Part shown: positions 39,601 through 48,133 of the stretch, in pieces
Layout: the number at the start of each line of letters is the position of its first letter
How positions within the stretch are numbered: position 1 is the stretch's first letter
From: a virus
Reading direction: 5' to 3' (one strand)
IMG/VR virus record: IMGVR_UViG_3300033148_003591
Location: 1-64,000 of that record
Length of the DNA: 64,000 nucleotides
Made by a program: the position numbers and the translations under genes
Notes under the pieces: model-generated
Database searches by the model: none
Seen by the model: the letters and a program-made list of their open reading frames with translations, nothing else
What the model was told of the DNA's origin: nothing

Positions 39601-40298
39601 CAAAACGAAATCAATTTGAATTTTATTATTCTACTGATAAACAATTAAAAGCCAATAAACCACGATTGGTTGTTCAGGACAGTTGTGGAAATCAATTTTT
39701 TGGTGGTGGAGAATCATTAACAGTTGACGGTGGAGATTTATCGGTTGAACAAGACCATTGTATAGTAAATCAAAATGTGTCAAATTTACTAGCTGCTATT
39801 TTTACATTAATTTTTGTTGCAATGATTTGGTTAGCACTTTTTGGAGTTGGTATTGGAGCAGTTTGGGTTTATAATGGATTAGCATTAGTAGTTAGTTTGG
39901 GCTATACATTTTTAGGTCAAATAGGAAGTTATTATTATGAAATTTATGCACGACCTATTGGTGAACCAATTCCTGATTTAATTTATGCATCAACACAGGA
40001 TGATGATTTGATAGATAAATATAATGGTGAAAATGAACTTGAAATAGATAATCCGTTATTATCATCTTATGCTAAATGTAAAACTTTATCTGAAAATGAG
40101 TTACAAAAAGCAAAATGGTTTCGGTATAATATTCGCTTAAATATTATGGCTAATTTGGCGATACAACCAGGTGATGTAATTGAATTATATAATTCTACAT
40201 TTGGTTTGACACAAAAAATATATGTTAGAGAAATTAGTTCAACATATGCTCGTGGTAATTCAGATGTTGATGAAATAACTGGAGCACTTATAATTTAA
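36621..40298 (+). CDS. baseplate hub / central tail protein with N-terminal beta-propeller(s)
   Basis: Asp-box SDDDGSSW; hub-like C-terminus (FDEEG.L, INKVTVIG, IQPGDVI). Confidence 0.7.
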   Translation: MQAISAGEYNSYNSDVDKNRNPNTRVFVQRNYNSIPFSGKALQSTTTSERYPKHVLNADGRLCLVFSKYNSTNNKWDLYFKASNITRTAWNSIVELQSDVTNDYNNPAIVDMIGSDYLGVMVSRDGTDLYSCTVNTSGVIQTALSDTTINGTNPSITKIGSTYWLVYERSDVLYYRTCIDFITWSAETNLNTETGLSNAHNNPYIYYDTSDKLWLVFERVSDAAANPVVKNSYYMNSDDDGSSWNSPVALTTLTAGEGSAIKPSIVDAVSNRYISYTLERQIQNLQYNSGVDEHIFMVSDNVNNRIGMLVGYLYNNCLLTIYDKTASTYVTHDITSYMTGGFATGLAYDETNKIWVIGTEQDGLIVYDEVSTSWSQYTSTSTPALQSDEVIFQKFVIEDKIIYCVTKDASTFSTEKIDLNTATITALGTSAFQTVYHSETFISNNYIISVFRTNAVGDGMVDYPLIHVFNKSSGASLYTANIGNGSQYKLSSDTTHASSIEHRRAQFGWDSANNIIYSLAHDTNETSDNGIIAYSVGNSALTFNKYYSQLDGNPTGLLPSPDVLTDKISFIRGVQFNTLNKRLYIQSYTTLNSGGGQDEYYYSVLNTNMHQVLEYYSNIDSVTYLTNFPAIDSVINKLLFSTSATFFGNYWLIESTDDKELIFQTTSGNYYWHILTTESSDQRVYYRKSSNDSDWTAQAYLTNNSKDTYVNLGYSDSRLKAFWDRLGDSIYELRWDEDLSGELNITEYVQSVERLMTIENEANSCDIVLTDGSGLFNPTNYNSLYYDYLQENNIIRIEKGNNGEYTPYFYGFIGAGDSDYIRGDGIFYRLTVWDKSKNYYKNKVTTGLYLNQTVTAIAEDIASTHMNLSGGEYDFPTVSTIIPQVQFIDETPMDILRKIFQIDNYYPDFDEEGLLIATLINYDASVDFTYYKNGTDTVAANKAPEMNINSVNFSWDDNELINKVTVIGQEEATGEEEFAEEFMGFLNGVAGWFSKRNQFEFYYSTDKQLKANKPRLVVQDSCGNQFFGGGESLTVDGGDLSVEQDHCIVNQNVSNLLAAIFTLIFVAMIWLALFGVGIGAVWVYNGLALVVSLGYTFLGQIGSYYYEIYARPIGEPIPDLIYASTQDDDLIDKYNGENELEIDNPLLSSYAKCKTLSENELQKAKWFRYNIRLNIMANLAIQPGDVIELYNSTFGLTQKIYVREISSTYARGNSDVDEITGALII

Positions 40299-40310
40299 GG
40301 AGAAAATAAG

Positions 40311-40655
40311 ATGGCAAGAATACGTAGACCATTGGGGTATAGAACTAGACAATTGTTAAAGTACCAAAAACAGACACTCACTGGAATTATTATATATGTC
40401 AATACAGATGATAATTGGTGTAATGTTGAACTTCCTTCTGGTGCAATAATTTATCGTGTTCCATTTAGAGCTTCAAACATACGCTACCGTAGATTGAAAC
40501 AACCGGTCATTCTTTCGCAAACTGTCGGAAGTCGTTATAAATATGTTATAACCGATGCTGCTGAAAGAAAAGTTGTAAGTACAGTGTTTGCAGATAAAGG
40601 TTTCTTTAAATGGAATGATGGCACAAAATGGAATGATTTTCATCAATGGAAATAA
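40311..40655 (+). CDS. putative baseplate spike / OB-fold protein
   Basis: G.I..V...C.V.L...VP pattern after hub. Confidence 0.4.
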   Translation: MARIRRPLGYRTRQLLKYQKQTLTGIIIYVNTDDNWCNVELPSGAIIYRVPFRASNIRYRRLKQPVILSQTVGSRYKYVITDAAERKVVSTVFADKGFFKWNDGTKWNDFHQWK

Positions 40656-40664
40656 GGAGAAATT

Positions 40665-40934
40665 ATGCCAATTTTAGTTTATAATAAAGATAAAATATAT
40701 AATCCACAAGCACAATGTAATGTTTTAAGACGAGCTATGAAAAAACAAATTCGTCTTAAATATGTAAAACGACCAATATGTATTCCAGCTTTAAATATGT
40801 TACTGAGAATCCCAGGTATGAAATTTTTATATAAACTTACAATGATGAGTGGAATAACAGTTTTGAAATTATTGGCAAATAAAGAACAAAGAGAATTTTT
40901 AAATATTAAAGAAGAAACATTATTACTAAAGTAA
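40665..40934 (+). CDS. hypothetical protein
   Basis: AAGGAG RBS. Confidence 0.6.
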   Translation: MPILVYNKDKIYNPQAQCNVLRRAMKKQIRLKYVKRPICIPALNMLLRIPGMKFLYKLTMMSGITVLKLLANKEQREFLNIKEETLLLK

Positions 40935-40946
40935 GGAGAAAATAAA

Positions 40947-41777
40947 ATGGCAGCTTTACCTTATACTATAAGTTCAGGACAAGACGCTGACGCAGAACCA
41001 GTTCAAGCGAATTTTGATGCAATAAATGGTCGTGTAAATTCAATTGAGGCTGTGATAGATAATATAGTTGTTGATGCTGATACCTATGGGAACGGAGTTT
41101 TTCCCGATGGATTAGCTGCATCCGAAGTAGGAACTGATTTAGTTTATAGTTCTGGAACAGCTATTGTTAGTCATATTACATATTATAAATCTACTATTAC
41201 AGTTGCATTTAGTGGTCAAGCAGCAGATACTTATTATGTTGAAATGGATTCAGCCGGAGATACAGCGTTATATACCTCTCATGATGCATCAAGAACTAAT
41301 CTGAACACAGTTGTTTGGAATGGTTCGAGTTTTGATAGTGTTACAACAGCAGACAGAAATGTATTGGCTACATATCAGGAAATAATAGATGCTAGAGATT
41401 CCGAAACAGATTTAGATGCAAGGCTTGACAAAATAGAAGATGGCACACGTAGAGAAGATAAAATAACTATACAAACATCATCTACATTAACATTGGATGA
41501 TACACATAAAATAGTAAATTGTAATACTACATCAAATGCTATTGCGATTACTGTGCCATTAGCTAATTCTCACTTGGGGCGAAGTTATTTGGTGTATGTA
41601 GGAACGGTCACATCTGCTTATGCCGTCACTTTGGCTAGAAGTAGTTCAGATGTGTTTATCTATCAAGGAGTGGAATATACTGGTATGACTATGGCTCACC
41701 ACGATTTTGTGAACATTACTGCTGTTAATACTGGAATATGGTTGGTAGAAAATCAATACGGAGTTGCCTTTTCATAG
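40947..41777 (+). CDS. tail fibre / receptor-binding protein (putative)
   Basis: A..VQANF N-terminus, E..DAR...L..RL, C-terminal beta domain. Confidence 0.6.
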   Translation: MAALPYTISSGQDADAEPVQANFDAINGRVNSIEAVIDNIVVDADTYGNGVFPDGLAASEVGTDLVYSSGTAIVSHITYYKSTITVAFSGQAADTYYVEMDSAGDTALYTSHDASRTNLNTVVWNGSSFDSVTTADRNVLATYQEIIDARDSETDLDARLDKIEDGTRREDKITIQTSSTLTLDDTHKIVNCNTTSNAIAITVPLANSHLGRSYLVYVGTVTSAYAVTLARSSSDVFIYQGVEYTGMTMAHHDFVNITAVNTGIWLVENQYGVAFS

Positions 41778-41831
41778 TAATATAAATTGTGTTATTAGAA
41801 ATATAGTGTAGTAGTTTATGAAAATAAACCC

Positions 41832-41859
41832 TTGACAAATCTAAATTATGTGGTATACT
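41832..41859 (+). promoter_or_regulatory. sigma70-type promoter for the HNH gene
   Basis: CCC-TTGACA-N16-TATACT with TGTGG. Confidence 0.8.
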
Positions 41860-41879
41860 TATAGTGGAGGGTTATAATC

Positions 41880-42647
41880 ATGAAAAGTAAGATATGTACA
41901 AAATGTGGTAATGAAAAATTGTTGGATGAGTTTTCTCTCGATAAACGACGCCCAAATGGAAAAGGTTCTTGGTGTAAAGAATGCTGTAATATTCCGTCTA
42001 AAAAATATCGCCAAAAACATAAAAAAGAACGTAAAGAATATTATTTAGTACATAAAGAAGAAAATAAAGAAAAAGAAGCAACACGTCAGAAAAAATGGTA
42101 TAATGAACACAAAGAAGAAATAAAAATTAAAGGCAAAAAATATAGAAATAAGCATAAAGATGAAATGAAAAAACAAAAGAAAAAATATCGTGAAGACCAT
42201 AAAGAACAAATCGCTATTAAAGTTAAAAAATATCAACAGGAACATAAAGAAGAATTACGCAAACTGCGAAATAAACATTTAAAGAAAAGACGCAAAACAG
42301 ACCTGCGGTTTAAAATAATAAGTAATTTAAGAGGATGTGTTAGACAAACAATCAAAGACAGCACAAAAACTCTGTCCACAATGTTTCTAATAGGTTGTGA
42401 AATTGACTACTTATTGTTTCATTTACAAAGTCAGTTTAAAGAAGGAATGTCGTGGGATAATTATGGGCGTGGTGATAATGGTCTAAAAGAATGGCACATA
42501 GACCATCGTAGACCATGCGCCAGTTTTGATTTAAGCAAACCAGCAGAACAACAGAAATGCTTTAACTACAAAAATTTACAACCTCTTTGGGCAAAAGATA
42601 ATTTATCCAAAGGTGCTAAGTGGAATATTAAGGATTCTGAGAATTAA
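41880..42647 (+). CDS. HNH / endonuclease VII-like nuclease (family B) with N-terminal Zn finger
   Basis: KICTKC...SWCKEC; WHIDHRRPC; NLQPLW. Confidence 0.8.
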   Translation: MKSKICTKCGNEKLLDEFSLDKRRPNGKGSWCKECCNIPSKKYRQKHKKERKEYYLVHKEENKEKEATRQKKWYNEHKEEIKIKGKKYRNKHKDEMKKQKKKYREDHKEQIAIKVKKYQQEHKEELRKLRNKHLKKRRKTDLRFKIISNLRGCVRQTIKDSTKTLSTMFLIGCEIDYLLFHLQSQFKEGMSWDNYGRGDNGLKEWHIDHRRPCASFDLSKPAEQQKCFNYKNLQPLWAKDNLSKGAKWNIKDSEN

Positions 42648-43350
42648 GTTTTGTTCTTATGTAACTTCTCAATTTTTCTTGATTATAATTATATCCCTCA
42701 ATTTTTCTAAGAAAAGATATAACACTTATTTTTTCAAATACATTAATTTGGCTGCTAGCAGATACATTATAGATTTTCAATGACTTTTCTGTAGTATACG
42801 GCAAAAAAAGTTTATTCAAATCTGTATTTACATAGTAATCACGGTATCCACTTCCACGATGCATTGTGCTATAATAATGTGTATTACCTGTTTTATTTGC
42901 ATCAAACCCCAATAAATAAATACTTCCACTAAAATCTAACAAATAGCACGCCAAACTTAATGCTAAATGACCAGTGAGTGCATGGCAGTAGAAGCCTTTT
43001 ACGAGACTTTTATCACGAAACCATGTGTGACTGTGTGCCTTTATAAAAACCGTGTTTAAAAGTTGGTTTTCTAGCGATTGTGTGGTATTTAAAGCGATAA
43101 TAAGGGGTAATTTTGATAGATTTTCACGGTGAACCGGATTAAACTTGTTCCAGAGCTGAACCGTTGGGTCAAAATCAACCTTACCTTGATAAAATTCACC
43201 ATCTGCACACACTAATGCTGTTGGTGTAATATCTTTATATGAGTGATTACAAGCTAATGTGAATTTAGTAGATAGTGTTTGCCAGATATTTTGTGGGAAC
43301 TTAGATAGACTATTTCCGCCACCGATGATTATAAGCTGTTTGGGGTTCAT
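42628..43350 (-). CDS. Maf/DUF115 or GT42 (Cst-II)-like transferase
   Basis: IIGGGNSL...ACNH...TG..AL.LA...IYLLGFD...HYY. Confidence 0.6.
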   Translation of the reverse strand: MNPKQLIIIGGGNSLSKFPQNIWQTLSTKFTLACNHSYKDITPTALVCADGEFYQGKVDFDPTVQLWNKFNPVHRENLSKLPLIIALNTTQSLENQLLNTVFIKAHSHTWFRDKSLVKGFYCHALTGHLALSLACYLLDFSGSIYLLGFDANKTGNTHYYSTMHRGSGYRDYYVNTDLNKLFLPYTTEKSLKIYNVSASSQINVFEKISVISFLRKIEGYNYNQEKLRSYIRTKLNSQNP

Positions 43351-43943
43351 AATAATTTACCCCATTGAGTAGCCATAGCTTTAGCTATTCCAGGAAAAGT
43401 TTTACTTCTATTTATCTGTCTGTTTTTTCCACCTTTATTAAACCAATTTCCAGCAAGTTTGGTTGATTCAATTTTTTCAACTATATTGGTGGGTTTTAAT
43501 AGCGGAAGATTTTTTAACCATAAACAAGTTCTTTTTGAATATGGATGACCATGTTCAAAGGGTTGTATTATTTGAGTATATTTTGGTAAACCGAATATTC
43601 TACTTGGTATTGGATTTTCGATACAAATTTTTTTGATATTTGCATTTAATAATTTTATAAAAAATTTAACAGATTTATCACCAAATCGTTTTCTTTTTAA
43701 ATTTAATTTTCCTTTTGGATAAAGATGTCTTGCACCTGCGTTACTAATGTATGTACACGGAGGATGTGCTATCATCATATCCCACCCTTTATCTAGTTGT
43801 TCTAAAACATTTCCTAAAATATGCCATTCAGGATGTCCTCCTGAACAAGGAAGTATATCACAAGAGTATGCTTCTATTCCTAATTTCCGCATTTCTATTG
43901 TTACTACTTGGGATTCTTCACATGCTATTAAAATTCTGCTCAT
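43347..43943 (-). CDS. short C5-cytosine-type DNA methyltransferase
   Basis: LIACEES, HPPCT, IENP, K.TCLWL, RSKTFPGIA.AMA.QW. Confidence 0.75.
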   Translation of the reverse strand: MSRILIACEESQVVTIEMRKLGIEAYSCDILPCSGGHPEWHILGNVLEQLDKGWDMMIAHPPCTYISNAGARHLYPKGKLNLKRKRFGDKSVKFFIKLLNANIKKICIENPIPSRIFGLPKYTQIIQPFEHGHPYSKRTCLWLKNLPLLKPTNIVEKIESTKLAGNWFNKGGKNRQINRSKTFPGIAKAMATQWGKLL

Positions 43944-44135
43944 GATTCACCTACATTTATAGCTAAATATTTAATATTATCAGAATGTTTGAAAATTATT
44001 TTCTTCTTTAAATCTATAGCCATTTGTCTTGCTTCTTCTTCATTTTTTGCATCTATTGTAATATCACCTTCGGCTATTACCTTAAAAACGTGAACATGAA
44101 ATTTTTTACTCATCTTTTCTCCTTGTATGTTTATA

Positions 44136-44519
44136 TTAAATGTCCTCCTCTTTATAAGAAGTTATTTTAGTACCCCATTTATATTCTAAAATTTTAAATT
44201 GTTTTTTAATGGCAAATTCCTCGGCTCTTTGTTTTAAAAGTTTTAACTGGTCGGTTGAAGGTTTTTCATAGAAAAAAATATCAAGACTATTACTATCATT
44301 AGTATTAAGAGAAACAGGTCTATTACATCCATGTTCATCGGGTACATAAGGATTGACTATTTCTTCAAAGATATCCTCGAATTTATTAATGAAATCTTCA
44401 GCTTGGTTTTTACCTACTTCACAATCTCCGTATTTACCAGTACAATAAGCACATAGTTCTCTTTCAAAATTACCAGCATAGGAATCCGTTTTAATTGTTA
44501 AATAATATTCTTTATCCAT
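44136..44519 (-). CDS. hypothetical protein
   Basis: ORF; YAGNFERELCAYCTG motif. Confidence 0.7.
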   Translation of the reverse strand: MDKEYYLTIKTDSYAGNFERELCAYCTGKYGDCEVGKNQAEDFINKFEDIFEEIVNPYVPDEHGCNRPVSLNTNDSNSLDIFFYEKPSTDQLKLLKQRAEEFAIKKQFKILEYKWGTKITSYKEEDI

Positions 44520-44532
44520 TTTGTTATCTCCT

Positions 44533-44817
44533 CTATTTTTTACTTATAAATATGTTTACATCTTTAGGGCGGAAATCAGTTATCAATTCTCCTTGTGGAG
44601 TTTCAAGTCTACTATGAATTACACCGTTGACAGCAGCCCGTAATGTGATATTTAAATCACCAAAGACTTTTCCTTCTACTGCATCATATCTAATATTTGT
44701 AATTTTACTTATTGATGATTTTAAGGTTTTATTCTTTTTTGCAAATTCTTTTAAACAATCATCTGTGAACTGTGTTTGACCATTATTTTTTGATAATAAC
44801 ACCACTGTAGCTATCAT
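44533..44817 (-). CDS. hypothetical protein
   Basis: AAGGAG RBS. Confidence 0.65.
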   Translation of the reverse strand: MIATVVLLSKNNGQTQFTDDCLKEFAKKNKTLKSSISKITNIRYDAVEGKVFGDLNITLRAAVNGVIHSRLETPQGELITDFRPKDVNIFISKK

Positions 44818-44831
44818 ATTATTCTCCTTTA

Positions 44832-45167
44832 TTAAAATTTTTCATATTTATTTCCACAGTATTCCCAATCAGACCAATTTATATCAATCAAATGTTCATC
44901 ACCCAAAAAGAAACTTCCTTGTTCCCATTCTATAGTTTTAATAACGTCATAATCACTAAGCCATCTAAATTGGTCTCCATTATAAATCTCTCTATTATCT
45001 TTATCATTAACAGTAGTATATTGTAGTAAAGTAGTAATACCATTTGGTCTATAACTCCATCTTTCTCCAACAACTTCCCATTTAATATCGCCAGATTCAG
45101 GCAGAATACCAACATTATATTGCATTCCTACTGTGTTGTTTGTATAGGCATTAAATTTTAGTTTCAT
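44832..45167 (-). CDS. YopX-family protein
   Basis: LKF.A...QYT..DK...EIY.GD...GNKYE. Confidence 0.75.
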   Translation of the reverse strand: MKLKFNAYTNNTVGMQYNVGILPESGDIKWEVVGERWSYRPNGITTLLQYTTVNDKDNREIYNGDQFRWLSDYDVIKTIEWEQGSFFLGDEHLIDINWSDWEYCGNKYEKF

Positions 45168-45946
45168 TAAAAGCTCCTATAGTTATATTGAATCCATCCT
45201 TCACGATTATCAACCATACCATTTATCTTACGCATCTTTTGGACAAATTCACTATACAATCTATTACGCATTTGTTTATATTCATCTGGCTTATCATCTA
45301 TGTAGTCTGCACTAATTTTATCTGTATAGTAAACTTCTACATTGTTTTCTTTTAATTGGTTGAAAAACGTCTCATGTTCACATAATTTTAATTCATTATT
45401 CCAGGGATATTTTATTAATAATGCTGTAGGAGCTATAAAGAAATTTTTTACTATATCACACCGCTTATATTGTATTCCAGAAACTATTTCAAGGTCTCTG
45501 CATGGTCTATCTAAAATAAACTTACCCAATTCACGGTCTAACGTCATATCGTACTCAAATGGCTGTCTGTTGGCTAATTTCAGCCCAACAATAGCGTTAT
45601 TATTTCTGGTTTTTATAAAATCAATAATAGGCTCAAAATTATACTTATCAGTAAATGCTATACTGTCTGCTGAAATAAGGCAGTATTTAATGCCCATTTC
45701 GTGAGCTTTTTGAACTAAAAAGTTACGGGAGAAACTTAAACCACAGTCGTGAGGTAATCTATAAGCCAATGTTCGTTCATGTTGTAAACATTCTTTATAA
45801 TATCCACAAGAGCATTTCATTAATGTATTTTGGTCGCCAATTAAAAGATAATAGTTATCTTTCATATTTTTAATAATAGAGGTTGTTGTTTTATACACTA
45901 ATTCATTTCTTAAAAATGTAGTATAAATTATAGCGATTTTTTCCAT
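45167..45946 (-). CDS. GT-A fold glycosyltransferase (GT2-like)
   Basis: TTFLR, D.GLS.SRN.LV, DIVKNFF, W..ELKLCEH. Confidence 0.7.
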   Translation of the reverse strand: MEKIAIIYTTFLRNELVYKTTTSIIKNMKDNYYLLIGDQNTLMKCSCGYYKECLQHERTLAYRLPHDCGLSFSRNFLVQKAHEMGIKYCLISADSIAFTDKYNFEPIIDFIKTRNNNAIVGLKLANRQPFEYDMTLDRELGKFILDRPCRDLEIVSGIQYKRCDIVKNFFIAPTALLIKYPWNNELKLCEHETFFNQLKENNVEVYYTDKISADYIDDKPDEYKQMRNRLYSEFVQKMRKINGMVDNREGWIQYNYRSF

Positions 45947-46347
45947 ATCTTAAACTCCTCTAATGCTCGTTTGAAAGCTTCTCCATACCATCTTTTATTA
46001 GATTTAATTACTTTTTTTGTCCATTTTAAACTAAAGTCTGTTCTGAAATATTTGTATATAGTTTTTAAAGCAAACAATTGTGCTTTATATTCACTTATTA
46101 ACCTCTTGCTATGCATATATTTAACATGACCCAATTCATGAGCAGCGATTTCAACTATTTCCTTCGTATTACAATCGGCTAAATAATCAGGATGATAACT
46201 GATAGTATAATTATTTAATTTTTTCTTCCAAGAACACCAAGCAGTGTATTTTCTTAATTTATAAGGTTTAACTATTGGTCTTTTTATCTTTTCATATTTG
46301 CAAATTAATATAATTATAGATATAAAAAGATATATTTTATCTTTCAT
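45928..46347 (-). CDS. zincin metallopeptidase-like protein
   Basis: AHELGH...E..A..FA. Confidence 0.6.
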   Translation of the reverse strand: MKDKIYLFISIIILICKYEKIKRPIVKPYKLRKYTAWCSWKKKLNNYTISYHPDYLADCNTKEIVEIAAHELGHVKYMHSKRLISEYKAQLFALKTIYKYFRTDFSLKWTKKVIKSNKRWYGEAFKRALEEFKIWKKSL

Positions 46348-46526
46348 GAAAATATCCTCAATAAAAGTATGCACAAATAAAATCCACATGGAATACTTAT
46401 TATTAAAATAGCCGTTATTTTACATGCTTCATTTATAGTTTTACTTATATAGTTATCTGGAAATTTAGTTTTTAAATTAGCCACATCTTCTATAAATCCT
46501 TTATAGCTAGTCATTATTTTCTCCTT

Positions 46527-46706
46527 TTATTTTTCCACCAATCTATTTACAATCGTTACAGGTAAACTAAATTGTTCTAATGCATTATTATTTTTAAAAA
46601 TTTGAATGTTATAACCTCGTTCTGATACTATTGGATATACTTTTAATCTTATTTTACTTGGTTCAGGAAAAGCTCTATTCAAAATTTCTTCTAATTTTGT
46701 GTGCAT
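46527..46706 (-). CDS. small protein (59 aa), paralog of 47092-47307
   Basis: Manual translation MHTKLEEILNRAFP...; not in ORF track. Confidence 0.65.
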   Translation of the reverse strand: MHTKLEEILNRAFPEPSKIRLKVYPIVSERGYNIQIFKNNNALEQFSLPVTIVNRLVEK

Positions 46707-46709
46707 AGT

Positions 46710-47042
46710 TTATTTCCCCACTCCTATTTTAATTATAACAAACCCAATTAGACACATCGTTAATCCTACCCACTGTAAACAATTAAAACTTTTACATGCA
46801 CCCATTTTAATTAACGCCCCTGTAAAAGCTGTAAACATTATTAAATCATACAATAACGCATCAAACATCATATTCTTAGTTACTTTGGCTACAATTGTCC
46901 ATAATGGAATACAACCAGCAATCCACAACATAGTAAAATATCTCCAGTGAGATGCCGGAGCATTAACTTTTTGTGACAACCATGCTTGCCATATATACAT
47001 TACTATAACTGCTGGTATCCACCATAGATAGTGATAATTCAT
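46710..47042 (-). CDS. four-TM membrane protein, DMT/SMR-like
   Basis: 110 aa, four hydrophobic helices, W.GL..CLIG C-terminal helix; own promoter and RBS. Confidence 0.55.
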   Translation of the reverse strand: MNYHYLWWIPAVIVMYIWQAWLSQKVNAPASHWRYFTMLWIAGCIPLWTIVAKVTKNMMFDALLYDLIMFTAFTGALIKMGACKSFNCLQWVGLTMCLIGFVIIKIGVGK

Positions 47043-47060
47043 ATGTTTCTCCTTACTATA

Positions 47061-47088
47061 AGTATACCATACATTTGTATTTTGTCAA
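47061..47088 (-). promoter_or_regulatory. sigma70-type promoter
   Basis: GCCC-TTGACA-N16-TATACT followed by TATAGTAAGGAG. Confidence 0.85.
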
Positions 47089-47091
47089 GGG

Positions 47092-47307
47092 CTAGATATC
47101 ATTTTCTTCGTCTAGTTCAATCATTTTAGTTGCGCATGTTTCATTAATACTGAAATCGTCTTGAAATTCGTCACCTTTGAATATCTCCACAATATAGGCT
47201 TCATCTGATACATCATATCGAACATTCATTACAATTCCGCTTTCAATAGGAAATGCTCTATTTAAAATAATTTCTAATTTTCTACCTGTGGTCATTTTAT
47301 TCTCCAA
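47092..47307 (-). CDS. small acidic protein
   Basis: KLEIILNRAFP motif shared with 46527-46706. Confidence 0.65.
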   Translation of the reverse strand: MENKMTTGRKLEIILNRAFPIESGIVMNVRYDVSDEAYIVEIFKGDEFQDDFSINETCATKMIELDEENDI

Positions 47308-48133
47308 TCCTTTCTAAAAAATGGCAAGTGTTACATGGATATGATTTTTTACCATTTTTACTAACCGATTTTCTAAATTTATTAGCCTTTTTATTATTAA
47401 AAATACTGAATATAGTTTCATTTTTATCTGTTAATTCACCCAAAATAAATTGTTCATGTTCTTTCCAATCACTTCTTAAATTACAGCACGGCATAACAGA
47501 GCCATTATAGTCAATGTAAATACCATTAGTGGGTATAAAACATGGTGCAATTCTGTGTGGGGGTTTATTTAATGCTTTTAATATTCCTCCTCTATTTGAA
47601 CCAACATTTTTAAAATTTCTATAATATATTAATATTTCCATATCATTAAAATTAGTATCTTTTTGAATAAGTTCACTATTTATTTTATGACTATTAGGCT
47701 TCAATTTTAGTTCGGCAAGCTTATCACCAATCATGTCTAATACTTTTTCTTGTTTATCAGTATATATTTGAATATTTAAACTCCTTAATCCGTTGTCGTA
47801 TAATTTAGAAATTTTATTTGCTGTTAAAAAATCGCCATTAGTATTAAAGTGTAATGTTGCATTTGGAAGATTTATTTTTGCATAATTTAATCTATTATAA
47901 ATTATATCATCTGCTAAAGGTTCATTATACCTAGAATATGTTATTATTTTATTATAGTTTATTTCTTTTAAATTAGCGATTATTTTATTATATGTACAAG
48001 TATTCATAAATATATTTTTAGAATTTCTATCAATTATTGAATTAGGACAATGCCAGCACTGTCTATTACAATAAGAAAATGTTTCTATTTCTATTAAGTT
48101 TACAAGTTTTTTAAATCGTTTCATATTATTCAT
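47297..48133 (-). CDS. radical SAM protein with SPASM/twitch domain
   Basis: CNRQCWHC; EPL; TNG; C...I...G.VMPCC...C..C. Confidence 0.85.
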   Translation of the reverse strand: MNNMKRFKKLVNLIEIETFSYCNRQCWHCPNSIIDRNSKNIFMNTCTYNKIIANLKEINYNKIITYSRYNEPLADDIIYNRLNYAKINLPNATLHFNTNGDFLTANKISKLYDNGLRSLNIQIYTDKQEKVLDMIGDKLAELKLKPNSHKINSELIQKDTNFNDMEILIYYRNFKNVGSNRGGILKALNKPPHRIAPCFIPTNGIYIDYNGSVMPCCNLRSDWKEHEQFILGELTDKNETIFSIFNNKKANKFRKSVSKNGKKSYPCNTCHFLERIGE

